Assembly (NCBI GenBank): GCA_951406725.2
Contig: OX597823.1
Location: 96,596,001 to 96,660,000, forward strand
DNA: 64,000 nucleotides
DNA from: Octopus vulgaris
Taxonomy: Eukaryota
Direction of reading: 5' to 3'
In this document: positions 22,301-34,300 of the stretch, piece after piece
Layout: each line of letters opens with the position of its first letter
Numbering within the stretch: position 1 is the stretch's first letter
Notes under the pieces: generated by a model
Seen by the model: the letters and a program-made list of their open reading frames with translations, nothing else
The model's database searches: none
What the model was told of the DNA's origin: nothing
Position numbers and translations under genes: made by a program

Positions 22301-25300
22301 AATAGTACCACAAGGGCGATCAGTTATTTTGTCCTTGTCACAAACAACCTGGTTATTATCATTCTGGACATTAACAGAATTATTTTTTTCCAAATTTGGT
22401 TTCTTGATTTCTGATATTCTTTCATTGGAATCTAATTTTCGTTTCTGTGATATAGCAGCCGTATTTTGATTAGGTATCACATTTTCAGAGTCAGGAATAC
22501 TCTCACTTTCGCTTGGTAGAAATAATTCACTTTGGCAAACAGCCTTTCCAGAAGTCTTTTTATTTGAAATATCTTTGGAATTATTTTGCTTAGGAATTAC
22601 TTCCAATTGCTCCTCCTTTGTGGCAAGTTCAACCTCACTTGCCTCTTTCAATTCAAAACCACCAGAAGAGCTAATGGCACTGTTAGAATCAGCATTCTCT
22701 GCAAGATCAAAGGACAATCGCCTGATATTGACGCTAGTGTTAACTTCTCTTGTCAAAGTTTTGACAGGTGTTTCCAAGACAGATTCACCTGTAGACTGAT
22801 GGTCAGAGCACATCTTGATTGGGGACTGAGTTTCTTCAACAAATAAGTTACTTTGCACTGGTCTGTCTGAAGGCTGGCCTTGTTCGGCTGACAAACTATC
22901 ATTTGTAAGAGAGTCTTGAGCAACAATTGAGGTTACATGAGGCTCCATGAGAAGAGGAACAGAAGGAACCTTCAAAGACTGACTAGTGCAAAGCCAATTC
23001 TGTAGAGATGTTGGCTGATCTTCTGAAGAATTCTTTGACGTTTTTCCAGGTTTGATACTGACTGGTTCTTTGTTTTTGGTGAGCTTGGTTTTAGCAGGGC
23101 TTGAAGATGGTTGTATTTTAGTGTACGGTTCTAATTTCACTCCAATGTTTTGGGGTTTTTCAGCACATTCAGGGACTTTTTCACAGCTAACTGCAGGGGA
23201 CAGTTCAGGGAGTTTCGTGTCTTTAGCAAATGTAACCCTCTTAGTGGACTTGCCATAGTTTTCTTGATTTGATTTATTTGTAGCAATCTGGAAACAGAAT
23301 TTAACAGGACTTTAGAAACAAGAAACTACACACATGAAAAATAGAAACACAAAAATAAAACTATTTTTATTATCACATGGATGAGTGGTGAGAGAACAGC
23401 TTTTAACTTGCAACATTTTAGTTTTAAAAAAATAAAAATTTTTTTAAAAACCTACAGTAGAAGCTTAAAGAGCAACCCGCATCACTTCTACATCCACTTT
23501 CCATACAATGAGGTAGATTTTCTATGACCAGATTTCCCTTCCTGTTGCCAATCCTGACAGGAGATTGCAAATAAAGACACCACTTGTATAACATGCACAT
23601 TCATTTACAACTATCACACAACATTGAGACAAGGAGACAAATCATCATCGTTTAACGTTCGCTTTCCATGCTAAGCATGGGTTGGGCGGTTCGACTGGGG
23701 TTTGGGAAGCCAGGAGGCTGCACCAGGCCCAGTCTGATCTGGCAGTCCTTCTCATGTTTGAAGCTATTTGTGAGAGTAGTGGGTGCTTTTTACGTGCCAG
23801 GCGAGGCTGGCAACGGCCACGATCGGTTGGTGCTTTATATATATATATATATATATAGGATGGGCATCTTCCAGGTTTCATCTACCAAATCCACTCGCAA
23901 AACTTTGGTTGACCAGGGACAATATTAGAACTTGCTCCAAGCTGCGATGCAGTAAGACTGAACTCAAAAACTCAAAGCTATGTAGTTGGGCCGACAAATA
24001 GTGACAGTAGTTATTTAGCCCCGAGTCAACTCTGATTACGTAGACCTATGATTAAAACATTCCAGTTGTGACCATCCTGTCTTGTATATCCATGACTACA
24101 TTATCTCACATATGCTTCCTTCAAAAATCATTGCATATTTGGGGGTGACATGGCTGGTATTTCTAGCAAATTGAGTGATGATGTTGAGACTCCTTCCGTG
24201 GAAATGTTTGTTGTTGATGGAAGTGAAGCATAAAGATCAGTCTGGTTGTCATTTGTATTAATCATAAAATTCTTCTAGACATAGAATGTTGTAGAATTTT
24301 CAGTAAAAAGGAACTTACCAAATTATACTGAGATGAAGTCTCGTCAGAACTGAAACTCATGACTGGTGAAGTGATCATGTGATTTGAACTGAAGTAGAAG
24401 AGAAAACACAAGTTGTACAATTTGTATATTTAATGAGGAAACCAAGACAGAAAAGGGAGAAGGGATAAAACAAGAAAACCCCAGCCCTTTCTGGGTTGAA
24501 AATTCCACAGGTTACTTTTATTCAAAACATAAATTGTTTCATTTTTAAATTTTCATTTTTCTCATGTTTGAAGCTATTTGTGAGAGATTTTTCTATAACC
24601 TTCCAGTACCGATCTTGTTGCCAACACTAACCCGTTTTCAAGTAAGGTAATATTTCCCCATTGCCAGATATATGTTTCACAAAAGACTAAAAATGAAAAC
24701 CATTTGTATGACGGAGATGCTCATTTACAACTGCAAAAGGAGACACAGATACACCCTGCCCCACCTCTCGAAAACACACATTGTGTGCGTGTGTGATGGA
24801 CTCTCCCATCAAAGACAACATGAGCGTCCAGCTTTCACCAAATGACCTGCACAAATATCTGAGCTGTACATTACCCTACATCAAATTGCTGTTGCATGTT
24901 AGGGTGCACAGCTACCATGCATACGCGTCAAAGTGATCAAAGAACAAACAGATGGATTGTTTAACTCTAATACATAAAGCACCACCTGGCCTAGGAACTG
25001 AAATTACGATCTAAAGATCATGAGCCTAACACCCTAACTACTAGGCCAAGCACCTCACATGTCTGCATATTCTTTTTCTGTTTAATTTCTCTTATTCCTT
25101 TCTGTTGAAGAGCACAAGCTTGAAACATAAAAGACTTCATTTCCTCCGAGTGTCAAACTAATACACTTGCTTGTTGTTCATACACCTGTCTTCGTCTTTT
25201 GTTTTTCTATAAACTATATACATACACAAAGTTGTTGGTATTAATAAGGGCATCCAGCTATAGAAACCATACCAAATCAGTCTTGAGCAGTGGTTCTCAA

Positions 25301-28300
25301 CAGGAGGCCATAAGATTTGGGAAATAAATTGGTTATACCTCTACAATGCACCAAATATTTTCAATTTTAATACAATTCCTATTAATATTTAATTATAAAA
25401 ATATAAGATTTTTTAAAACCTCAAATAGCTACAAGGCTCCATTGGAGTAAAATAGGAACCAAAGAGGTCCATAGGTGAAAAAAGGTTGAGGAGCACTGCC
25501 CCAGCATATGACAAAGTTCTTTGCCCCACAGGGACCCTATCACAACCATTCAACTCATTCAGTTTGGGGTTAAATGATGATGTAGACTTAAGTGTTAGAA
25601 AGGGCATCAAAGCTGTAGAAACAATGCCAAAGCAGACTTGGAACCTAGCAGAGACTTGTCTGTTCTTGTCAAACTGTCCAAGTCATGTTAGCACAGGTAA
25701 AAAAGAGTGCTAAATGAGAATATGAGGGACTTTGTTCAGCTTTTGCCTACCAAATCTACTCACAAAGCTATAGTGGTAGACACTTGCTGATGGTGTCACA
25801 CAGTGGGACTGAGCCTGAAACCATGTACTTAGAGAATTCCAATCATCATCATTGTTTAATGTCCACTTTCCATGCTGGCAAGCCAGAAGGCTACATCAGG
25901 CACCAATCTGATCTGGTAAGGTTTCTACAGCTGGATGCCCTTCCTCATGCTAACCACTCCGAGAGTGTCGTGGGTGTTTTTTACATGCCACTGGCATGAG
26001 GGCCAGCCAGGCGGTACTGGCATCGACCATGCTCAAATGGTGCATTTTATGTGCCACCGGCATGAGAACCAGTCAGGCAGCACTGGCATCGACCACATTA
26101 AAATAGTGCATTTATGTGCCATGGCACGGGAGCCACTCCAGTACGACTGGCATCAACCATGCTTGAATTGTGCTTTTTACGCGCCAGGAAAGTGGTACTG
26201 GCATCAGTTTATTGCCCAATGATTGAAGAGTACTCTTAAATGGGCTGTTTATGCGACACTGGCACAGGCCAGTTACGGTCTCACTTGGCTTTCAAGGTCT
26301 TCTCAAGCAAAAATATATTACTAAAAACTTGCATTTAATCCACCCTAAAAAGACATTAATACCAGCAGAAGAATCTGAGAGCAAAAAGGCGTGGAATGAA
26401 ATATTGCAATGCATTTACTGTGGTAATCCATGGTTACCAGAACTTTTACTTTTTTTTTTTTATATCTTGGAGATAGAAAAGTCTCTTAATACTCCCACAA
26501 GACAGAATTTCAGGATATACATAAAAGGAATTTTTACCCTTTAGCCTTTGACTTGTTTTACTCAGACTATAATTAAGAATTTTTAGTAGCATGAATTGAC
26601 CCCATTACTTTATCAGTCAAACTGCTAAGTTACAGGGATGTCAACACACCAACACCAGTTGTTAAGCGATGGTAGGGGACAAACACACACGTATATACAT
26701 ATAAGACAAGTTTCTTTCAATTTCTGTATACCAGATCCACTCACAAGGCTTTGCTCGGCCCAAGGTGCCATGCAGTGGGATTGAACTCGGAACAGTGTGA
26801 TTGGGAAGCAAACCTCTTACTAGAAATACAACAGGTCATCTTACAAAAATAAGCACTTTGCTGCAGATTAAAGCATTTCCAGAAAAATACTCACTACATG
26901 GAATCTTGAGACTGGTCAAGGCTGTTATACATGGCAGGAAGACAATACCTGTGACAAGAATAAATAAGCAAATAGATAAAAATAAGGAAAAAGGTGGTAG
27001 GATGGATCTAATTACTTTAGCAGTGGTACGAGACTTTCAGTATGTCAACGACCATTTAAATCTATTTGATATATCTATTTTTTTTCATTTTGTGATATCT
27101 TAAGTCCTGTGCCAAATGCATGTAACTACAACTATGGCTGAGTCTTGAATTGCATAGAATTCTAATTCAAATAGAGTTGTTTGGGAGTGCAAAACAGGAA
27201 CTCGGTACTCGATGTGAGAAACAAAGTTCAGCTCACTTTAATAAAAAAGAAACTCCTGTCAAAAGACTTCCAGTTGTTCTAAAACAAATGTGATTATGAA
27301 TTAGTTTTGAAATCTGACAATCTGATGTGTCCATTTATTTCCCATGACATCAATATTAATTTTATCTAAGTAGGTATAAAGCCTACCTTTAAAGTTGCCT
27401 CAAACACCAGTAAAGAACATTAAAAAAAACAAAATGTCCAAAATTTCACCAGAATATTTGACACTTTTCTCAAGGAAATCATTCATATTAAATGCTGTGT
27501 TGTGGTCCTCATGCCCTTGGCTTATTGTCTGGCATATTCATGAGCAGTTTAATTCCATCAGTTGTAGCACTCACTGGTCTAGCAATCAATATAATTAGTT
27601 GGTTTTTACAGACTTGGTTATGTTGGACAAGTCTGCAGAACAAAATATTGCTATTTATTTTTGTTCCGTGTCATGATGTCTGCAAAGCAGAGCATCCGCA
27701 GCGCTTACCACACCATTTCTTCCCACAAGAACCATCTAAATTAAATTGTTGTGGTAGCACACAACAATTTGACTTGGCAGGTTTCATGCACACACACACA
27801 CACACCAATACTCTCACTAACACTGCACAATTTCTGTCTTGGCTCACTTGTAGAACAAAGGAGATTCTTCTGAATCTCGCAAAAAAATACAAAACAGAAT
27901 GAACTGAAAATATTTACTTTCTCTCTTTCAGTACTTCCTTCTGGTGTTGAGTAAGGATTCGTCTTTTATTCTGAGGAGGTTCAATAACCACAAAATCCTT
28001 CAAAGTAGAAATCAAAAACGATGTTAATTGCAGGTCACAGAAATAAATTTAATACAATGAATAAACTTCTTAATATTAAAATTCCAAAAACTACAACAAG
28101 CTGGGTCCCTTACCAGAATGAGGTCCAATTGAGATTGTGGATTAAATCCTACCAAAATCACAAACAAGCTTAATATCTTAATATTGCCCTTAACAATAAT
28201 AATCCTTTCTAGTAAAGGCACAAAGCCTGAAATATAAGGGGAGGGGAGACTAGTCAATTACACTGGTCGCAGTGCTCCACTGATACTTTATTGACCCTGA

Positions 28301-31300
28301 AAGGAGGAAAGGCAAAAATCAACCTTGGTGGAATTTGAACTCAGAGTGTAAAGATGGACAAAAGTATTTTGCCCAGTGTGCTAATGAGTTCTGCCAGCTC
28401 ACCACCTTAATAATAATAATGATGATGATGACTTTCAAATTTTAACACTAAACCAGCAGTTTTAGGAGGAAGTATTGAATCAATTACATCAACCTCAGCA
28501 CTTGACTGGCCCTTAATTTTATTGATATTGAAAGGATAAAATGCAAACTTAAGTTTAGTGGCATTTGAACTCAGAAGAAATGCCACCAAACATTTTGTCA
28601 GATCTTATGATTCTGCTAGCTCCACTACCTCAGTGATGATTGTTGTTTCTAATTTTAGCACAAGGCCGGCAATTTTATGGGGGGGGGACTAGTCAATTAC
28701 ATTGATTGAATTATTCTCAGCAAATGCAAGACCAAAAAGCCTACTGAAGAAAATTATTAATGCCAGAAAATTAAGAAGTGTGTATGTACATATGGTTTGG
28801 TGCCCATGCACACATTAAAGGCATGTCGTGGTCATACAAGCTGTGTCCATTTCCAATCCCTGAAAATACGTCTGGCCATGGGGAAATATTACCTTGCTTG
28901 GTGACAGGTGAGGACTAGCAACAAAAAGGGCACCTGGCTACTTGTAGAAATTTGATTCAATAAATTCTGTCCAACCCATGCAAGTATGTAAAAATTGCTA
29001 TTAAAACAACGTTAATGGTGATCAAAAAATAAAAGGAAATATTAAGAGAGTTTTTATATAAAAGTTATTCAAAAATATATAATTTTACCTGATCTTTCAT
29101 ATCACCAATTGATAACCTTTTTATCACACTGGCAACAGGCTTGTGTTTACAAAGAATACTTGGTTTTTTCGGAGAAGGAATATTCTTTAACAGACTCCCA
29201 TGCATTTTATTTGGAGAGACCGGAGCAGGAACAACTTCGTCAGATACCTGGGAACTTGCCTGAAATTAAAACCAAATATGTAAGATACGGTTAAGGTAGC
29301 TGGACTTTGCATAATTGGTTATATGTTCAAATCATGAAGACAGCTTGTTGCGTGCCAACATCATCAACCCTGGACATTAGTGCCTTTGAGTTCCAGGACA
29401 CGAGGGTCAGATCACCCACTTTGCATAGAATATGAGTGACTGAGGTTACAATAGTCCCTCTGAAATGGGATGCCATTCCATTGCAGGAACACTCATTTAC
29501 AGCAGAATGAACTAGAGCAACATGAAAAGAAGTTTCCCAACCCAGGGACTGAAACCATGATCTTATGGTTGCAAGTGCAACACCTTGACCACTGAGCCAC
29601 ACATCCTACTAGTTCTGTCTGCCACCAAGAAATGCTTTGCCTGCCCAAGATTTAGTCTGATGAGCTTATGATTCTGCTAGCTCCACTACCTCAGTAATGA
29701 TTGCTGTTTCTAATTTTGGTACAAGGCCGGCAATTTTATGGGGGGAGACTAGTCAATTACATTGATTGAAGTATTTAGCTGGTATTTTATTTACCCGCCA
29801 AAAAGTGAACTCAGGACCTGAAAAGCAGGACAAATACTAACAATTCCGCTAGCTTACCATTTTAATAATAATAATCTTTTACTGAAAGCATAAGGCCTGA
29901 AATTTTGGTGGGGGAGGGAACTAGTTGATTATGTCAACCCAACCCCAGTGTTTCACAGGTACTTAACGACCCCAAAAGGATGAAAGGCAAAGTTGACCTC
30001 AGTAGAATTTGAACTCAGAACATAACGGCAGATGAAATACCTATTTTTTTTACTACCCACAAGAGGCTAAACACAGAGAGGACAAACAAGGACAAAGGGA
30101 TTAAGTTGATTACATCGACCCCAGTGCGTAACTGGTGCTTAATTTATCGACCCCAAAAGGATGAAAGGCAAAGTCGACCTCGGTGGAATTTGAACTCAGA
30201 ACGTAACAGTAGACGAAATACCGCTAAACATTTCGCCTGGCGTGCTAATGATTCTGCCAACTCACTGCCTTAATAATTAATAATAATTTCTTACATAGAC
30301 ACAAGATCACAAATTTAAAAGTAAGGATTAGTCAGGTCAAACAATGATCTTCAATAAAGGCAAAGGACTTGCAAGGGACAAGGCCATAAAATTTAGAGGA
30401 AAGAAGGTAGTCAATTATACTGACCCCCACCTAATACATAACTGGTCCTTTATCAGCAAGATGACAACAAACACATAACTATTAGGAAACTAAAATAAAC
30501 AAAACAATTTGGTGTGTACATAAGTTAAATAGCCCATGTGAAAAAGACATTTGAGCGAGGTCGTTGCCACCGCCACTGGACTGGCTCCTGTGCAGGTAGC
30601 ACGTAAAAAAACACCATTTGAGCATGGCCGTTGCCAGTACTGCCTGACTGTCCCTTGTGCCAGTGGCACATAAAAAGCACCCACTACACTCTCGGAGTGG
30701 TTGGTGTTAGGAAGGGCATCCAGCTGTAGAAACTCTGCCAGATCAAGATTGGAGCCCGGTACAGCCATCTGGTTTGCCAGACCTCAATCAAATAGTCCAA
30801 CCCATGCTAGCAGGAAAGCAGATGTTAAATGATGATGATGACACACATGCATACATATAATTACATTTAGACACACATACATCAAAATTAAGAACAAGTG
30901 TGGCCAAAGCCCACTTGAACTCAGTACAATACATAATGCTCTTAATGTCCAGAATGTAAAGAATATGTATTGAGAGGTAGAGGCCATGGCTGTTTGGGCT
31001 CCAAGTCCAGTTCTACAGCACGACTACTGGAGCAAGTGTTTTCTACTTATAGCCCAAGGCCAACCAATATATTGCGAGAGAATTTAGTAAAAAGAGACTG
31101 GCAAGAAGCCTTTCATCTGTATGCATGTGCAAGTATGCACCAGAGCCAATGTTTGCACTATTACAGTCACAAACGGTGACAGTTGCTGACATTTCCCTGT
31201 CAACATCATCCATTAGCTTTGCATTTTGAAATTCCTCTAAAATAAACAATCCCAAATACCCTACATGATAAAGAGGTATTTCTTATTTCTTTACTACCCA

Positions 31301-34300
31301 CAAGGGGCTACACACAGAGGGGACAAACAACAGACAAGCGGATTAAGTCGATTATATCAACCCCAGTGCATAACTGGTACTTATTTAATCGACCCCAAAA
31401 GGATGAAAGGCAAAGTCGACCTCAGCGGAATTTGAACTCAGAATGTAGCAGCAGACGAAATATGGCTAAGCATTTCCCCCGGCATTCTAACATTTCTGCC
31501 AGCTCACAGTCTTCCATAAAGAGGTATTTCTTGGCATCAGGAAGCCTTCAGCCATAAAATTCTTGCCATAAACACATCACCATCTAAGCCATACAAGAAT
31601 GGAAACACCGATGTTGAAGAAACGCATGAAGAAATAAGAATAAAGAGCTTACCTGACTATACTGACTGGTAGGTGTTTCTTCAATCACATGAATTTCTGT
31701 GCTTATCCAGCCTGGCAATCTGATTACCATTTTCTCTTTCACTTTGGCTAAAGCACGACTGCAGAACAAAATAATAATAATAATAGTTTCAAATTCTGTC
31801 AAAGTCAGCAACTTCAGAGGAAGGAGTGAGTCAATTATACCAACCCCAAAAGGATGTATGGCAAAGGTGACCATCAGAGAATTTGAACTCAGAAAGTAAA
31901 GATATATGAAAAGCCACTAAGCATTTTGCCCAGCAAGCTAACAATTCTGCCAGCTTACAACCTTAACAACAATAATGGTTTCTGATTTAGGCAAAGGTCA
32001 GCAATTTTGAGGGGACAGAGTTAGTCAAAATCCTCAACCCAGCTCGTGGGAAATTGAACTCAGAATGTAAAGAGCCAACAAATTTCAGGAAAGGGTTAAA
32101 TCAATACCACTGAGCCAAGTAGTTGACTGGTTGACCAACCACAAAAATAAAATATGAAATGCAAAATCAATCTCAGTGGAATATGAACACAGAATGTGAA
32201 GAGCAGAGCACAAAAGAAATATTGCTAAGCAGTTTCTCCAACATGTTAATGATCCTGTCAGCTAATTGACCTAATAACAATAATTTCAAATTTTGGCACA
32301 AGGCCAGCCATTTTAGGGTAGTGGGTAAGTCAGTTACATCAACCCCAAATGGTTGAAAGGCAAAGTGAACCTAGGTGGAATTTGAACATATGAATGTTAA
32401 CCCTTTTGTTACCAAACTGCCCAAAGCCGCCCGAAAAAAATTTTGTTAATGTGACTAAGCCGCCCGTATTTACCTATTCATATTTAAATGAGAATATCAG
32501 AGCAAATCTCTTTAGTACATTCGTGAAAACACGTGATTATGCTTCGTAAACAGTTCATCTACAGTTTTGTACAACGATCGAAGTGTAATTTTAATTCCGT
32601 GAATTTTGGGAATTTTTTTTCCAAAATTTGTTCCTAATGTGTTTTCAAAATTTGTAATTCTGACAAAAAATGGATACGAATTTCATTATATCAAGCAGCG
32701 AGTCAGAATTCGAAGGCTTTTCTACTGAAGACCTTGATAAATCTAACTCTATGACTGAAAAAAAAAAGCACGTGGTATTTGATAATGAATCCGATGTTTC
32801 ATTTTCCGAAAATGAAAGCTGTGAATCAGAGAGCTCTGACAGCGGACAGCGATAAAGAAAATGAATTGGCACCTGAATGGAGTGAAAATTTAAAAACTAT
32901 TTCTTTCAGTGATTTTTCTGAAGAAACTGGACCAAGCCACAGTCTTTCCCAGGAGAGTAAAGCCTTAGACTATTTCTTTTTACTTTTTCGAATGAGCCTA
33001 TTTGAAATCATTACGGCGGAAACGAACCATTACACTAAATGTAAACAAAGCGAAAGAAAGGAAACCTTAAATGAAATTAAGGCCTATTTTGCCATAAATA
33101 TTATTATGGGTATCAGAAAGTTACCCATAAATATTATTATGGGTATCAGAAAATTATGGCAGAAATGAACCGTTACGCTAAATGTAAACAAAGCGAAAGA
33201 AGGGATAGTTTGTGGTTTCCCACAACCTTAAATGAAATTAAGGCCTATTTTGCCATAAATATTATTATGGGTATCAGAAAGTTACCCAGAATAACAAATT
33301 CTATAGTAAAATGTTGTTGTATACCCAATTGAATATTAGCTAATAACCCATTTTCTATAGCGATGTTTGAACAAAAATTTTAATAATTTTATATTTTGTT
33401 GAATTTACCTGTATCTACCTGCAATTATAGTATAGAATTGGTTGAGAACATTTCATTAAATTATCTTCCAAAAATAACATTAATATATTGATAAATAAAA
33501 AAGCTATAGTTGTTTAATGAAACCAGACTAAATTTATGATTATGTTAGAAATTAATTGAAACACATAAGGGGTGTATTTTGGTCAGAAATATAGTAACGA
33601 AAGGGTTAAGATAGATGAAATGCCACTAAGCATTGTTGTCTGGTGTGCTAACGATTCTGCCAGCTTGAAGACAAGAGCAAGACCAAAAATTTGAAGAAAA
33701 GGAACAATCAGTTCATAACAAACACAGGACTTGACCGATATTTTAAAGTCCAGAAGGATGAAAGGCAATAATAATGATGTGGTGGTGTATGCAAGAATAT
33801 TTTCAATTTAAGCAAAAGACATTTTGAGAAAGAGAAAGCATCAAACCAGCCCCAAGAAGATGAAAGCAAAGTTGACCAAGCCAGGATTTGAACTTAGAAC
33901 TAAATATTAAGAAAGCCATTTAGTCTGACACTCAGCTGATTCTGCTATCCACCAGTGTTTACATGAAATAAGAGGAGTCATGGAAGCAGCCTCTTTATGG
34001 AAACACAATTTGTTAAAAATTATAGTCAAACCCAGGCGTAGGAGTGGCTGTGTAGTAAGTAGCTTGTTTACCAACCACATGGTTCCGGGTTCAGTCCCAC
34101 TGCGTGGCACCTTGGGCAAGTGTCTTCTACTATAGCCTTGGGCCGACCAAAGCCTTGTGAGTGGATTTTGGTAGACGGAAACTGAAAGAAGCCCGCCGTA
34201 TATATGTATATATATGCTTGTGTGTGTGTCCCCCCAGCATCACTTGACAACCGATGCTTGTGTCTACGTTGCCGTAACTTAGCGGCTCGGCAAAAGAGAC

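Noticed and set aside
20891-23140. 749-aa ORF as a stand-alone gene
   Set aside because: It is the internal large exon of RIF1, with splice sites at 23287 and 20912.
34034-34110. tRNA gene calls for SINE heads (also 11046, 52490-52566, 59322)
   Set aside because: A/B-box-like motifs are present, but there is no proper cloverleaf and each head continues into a SINE body.
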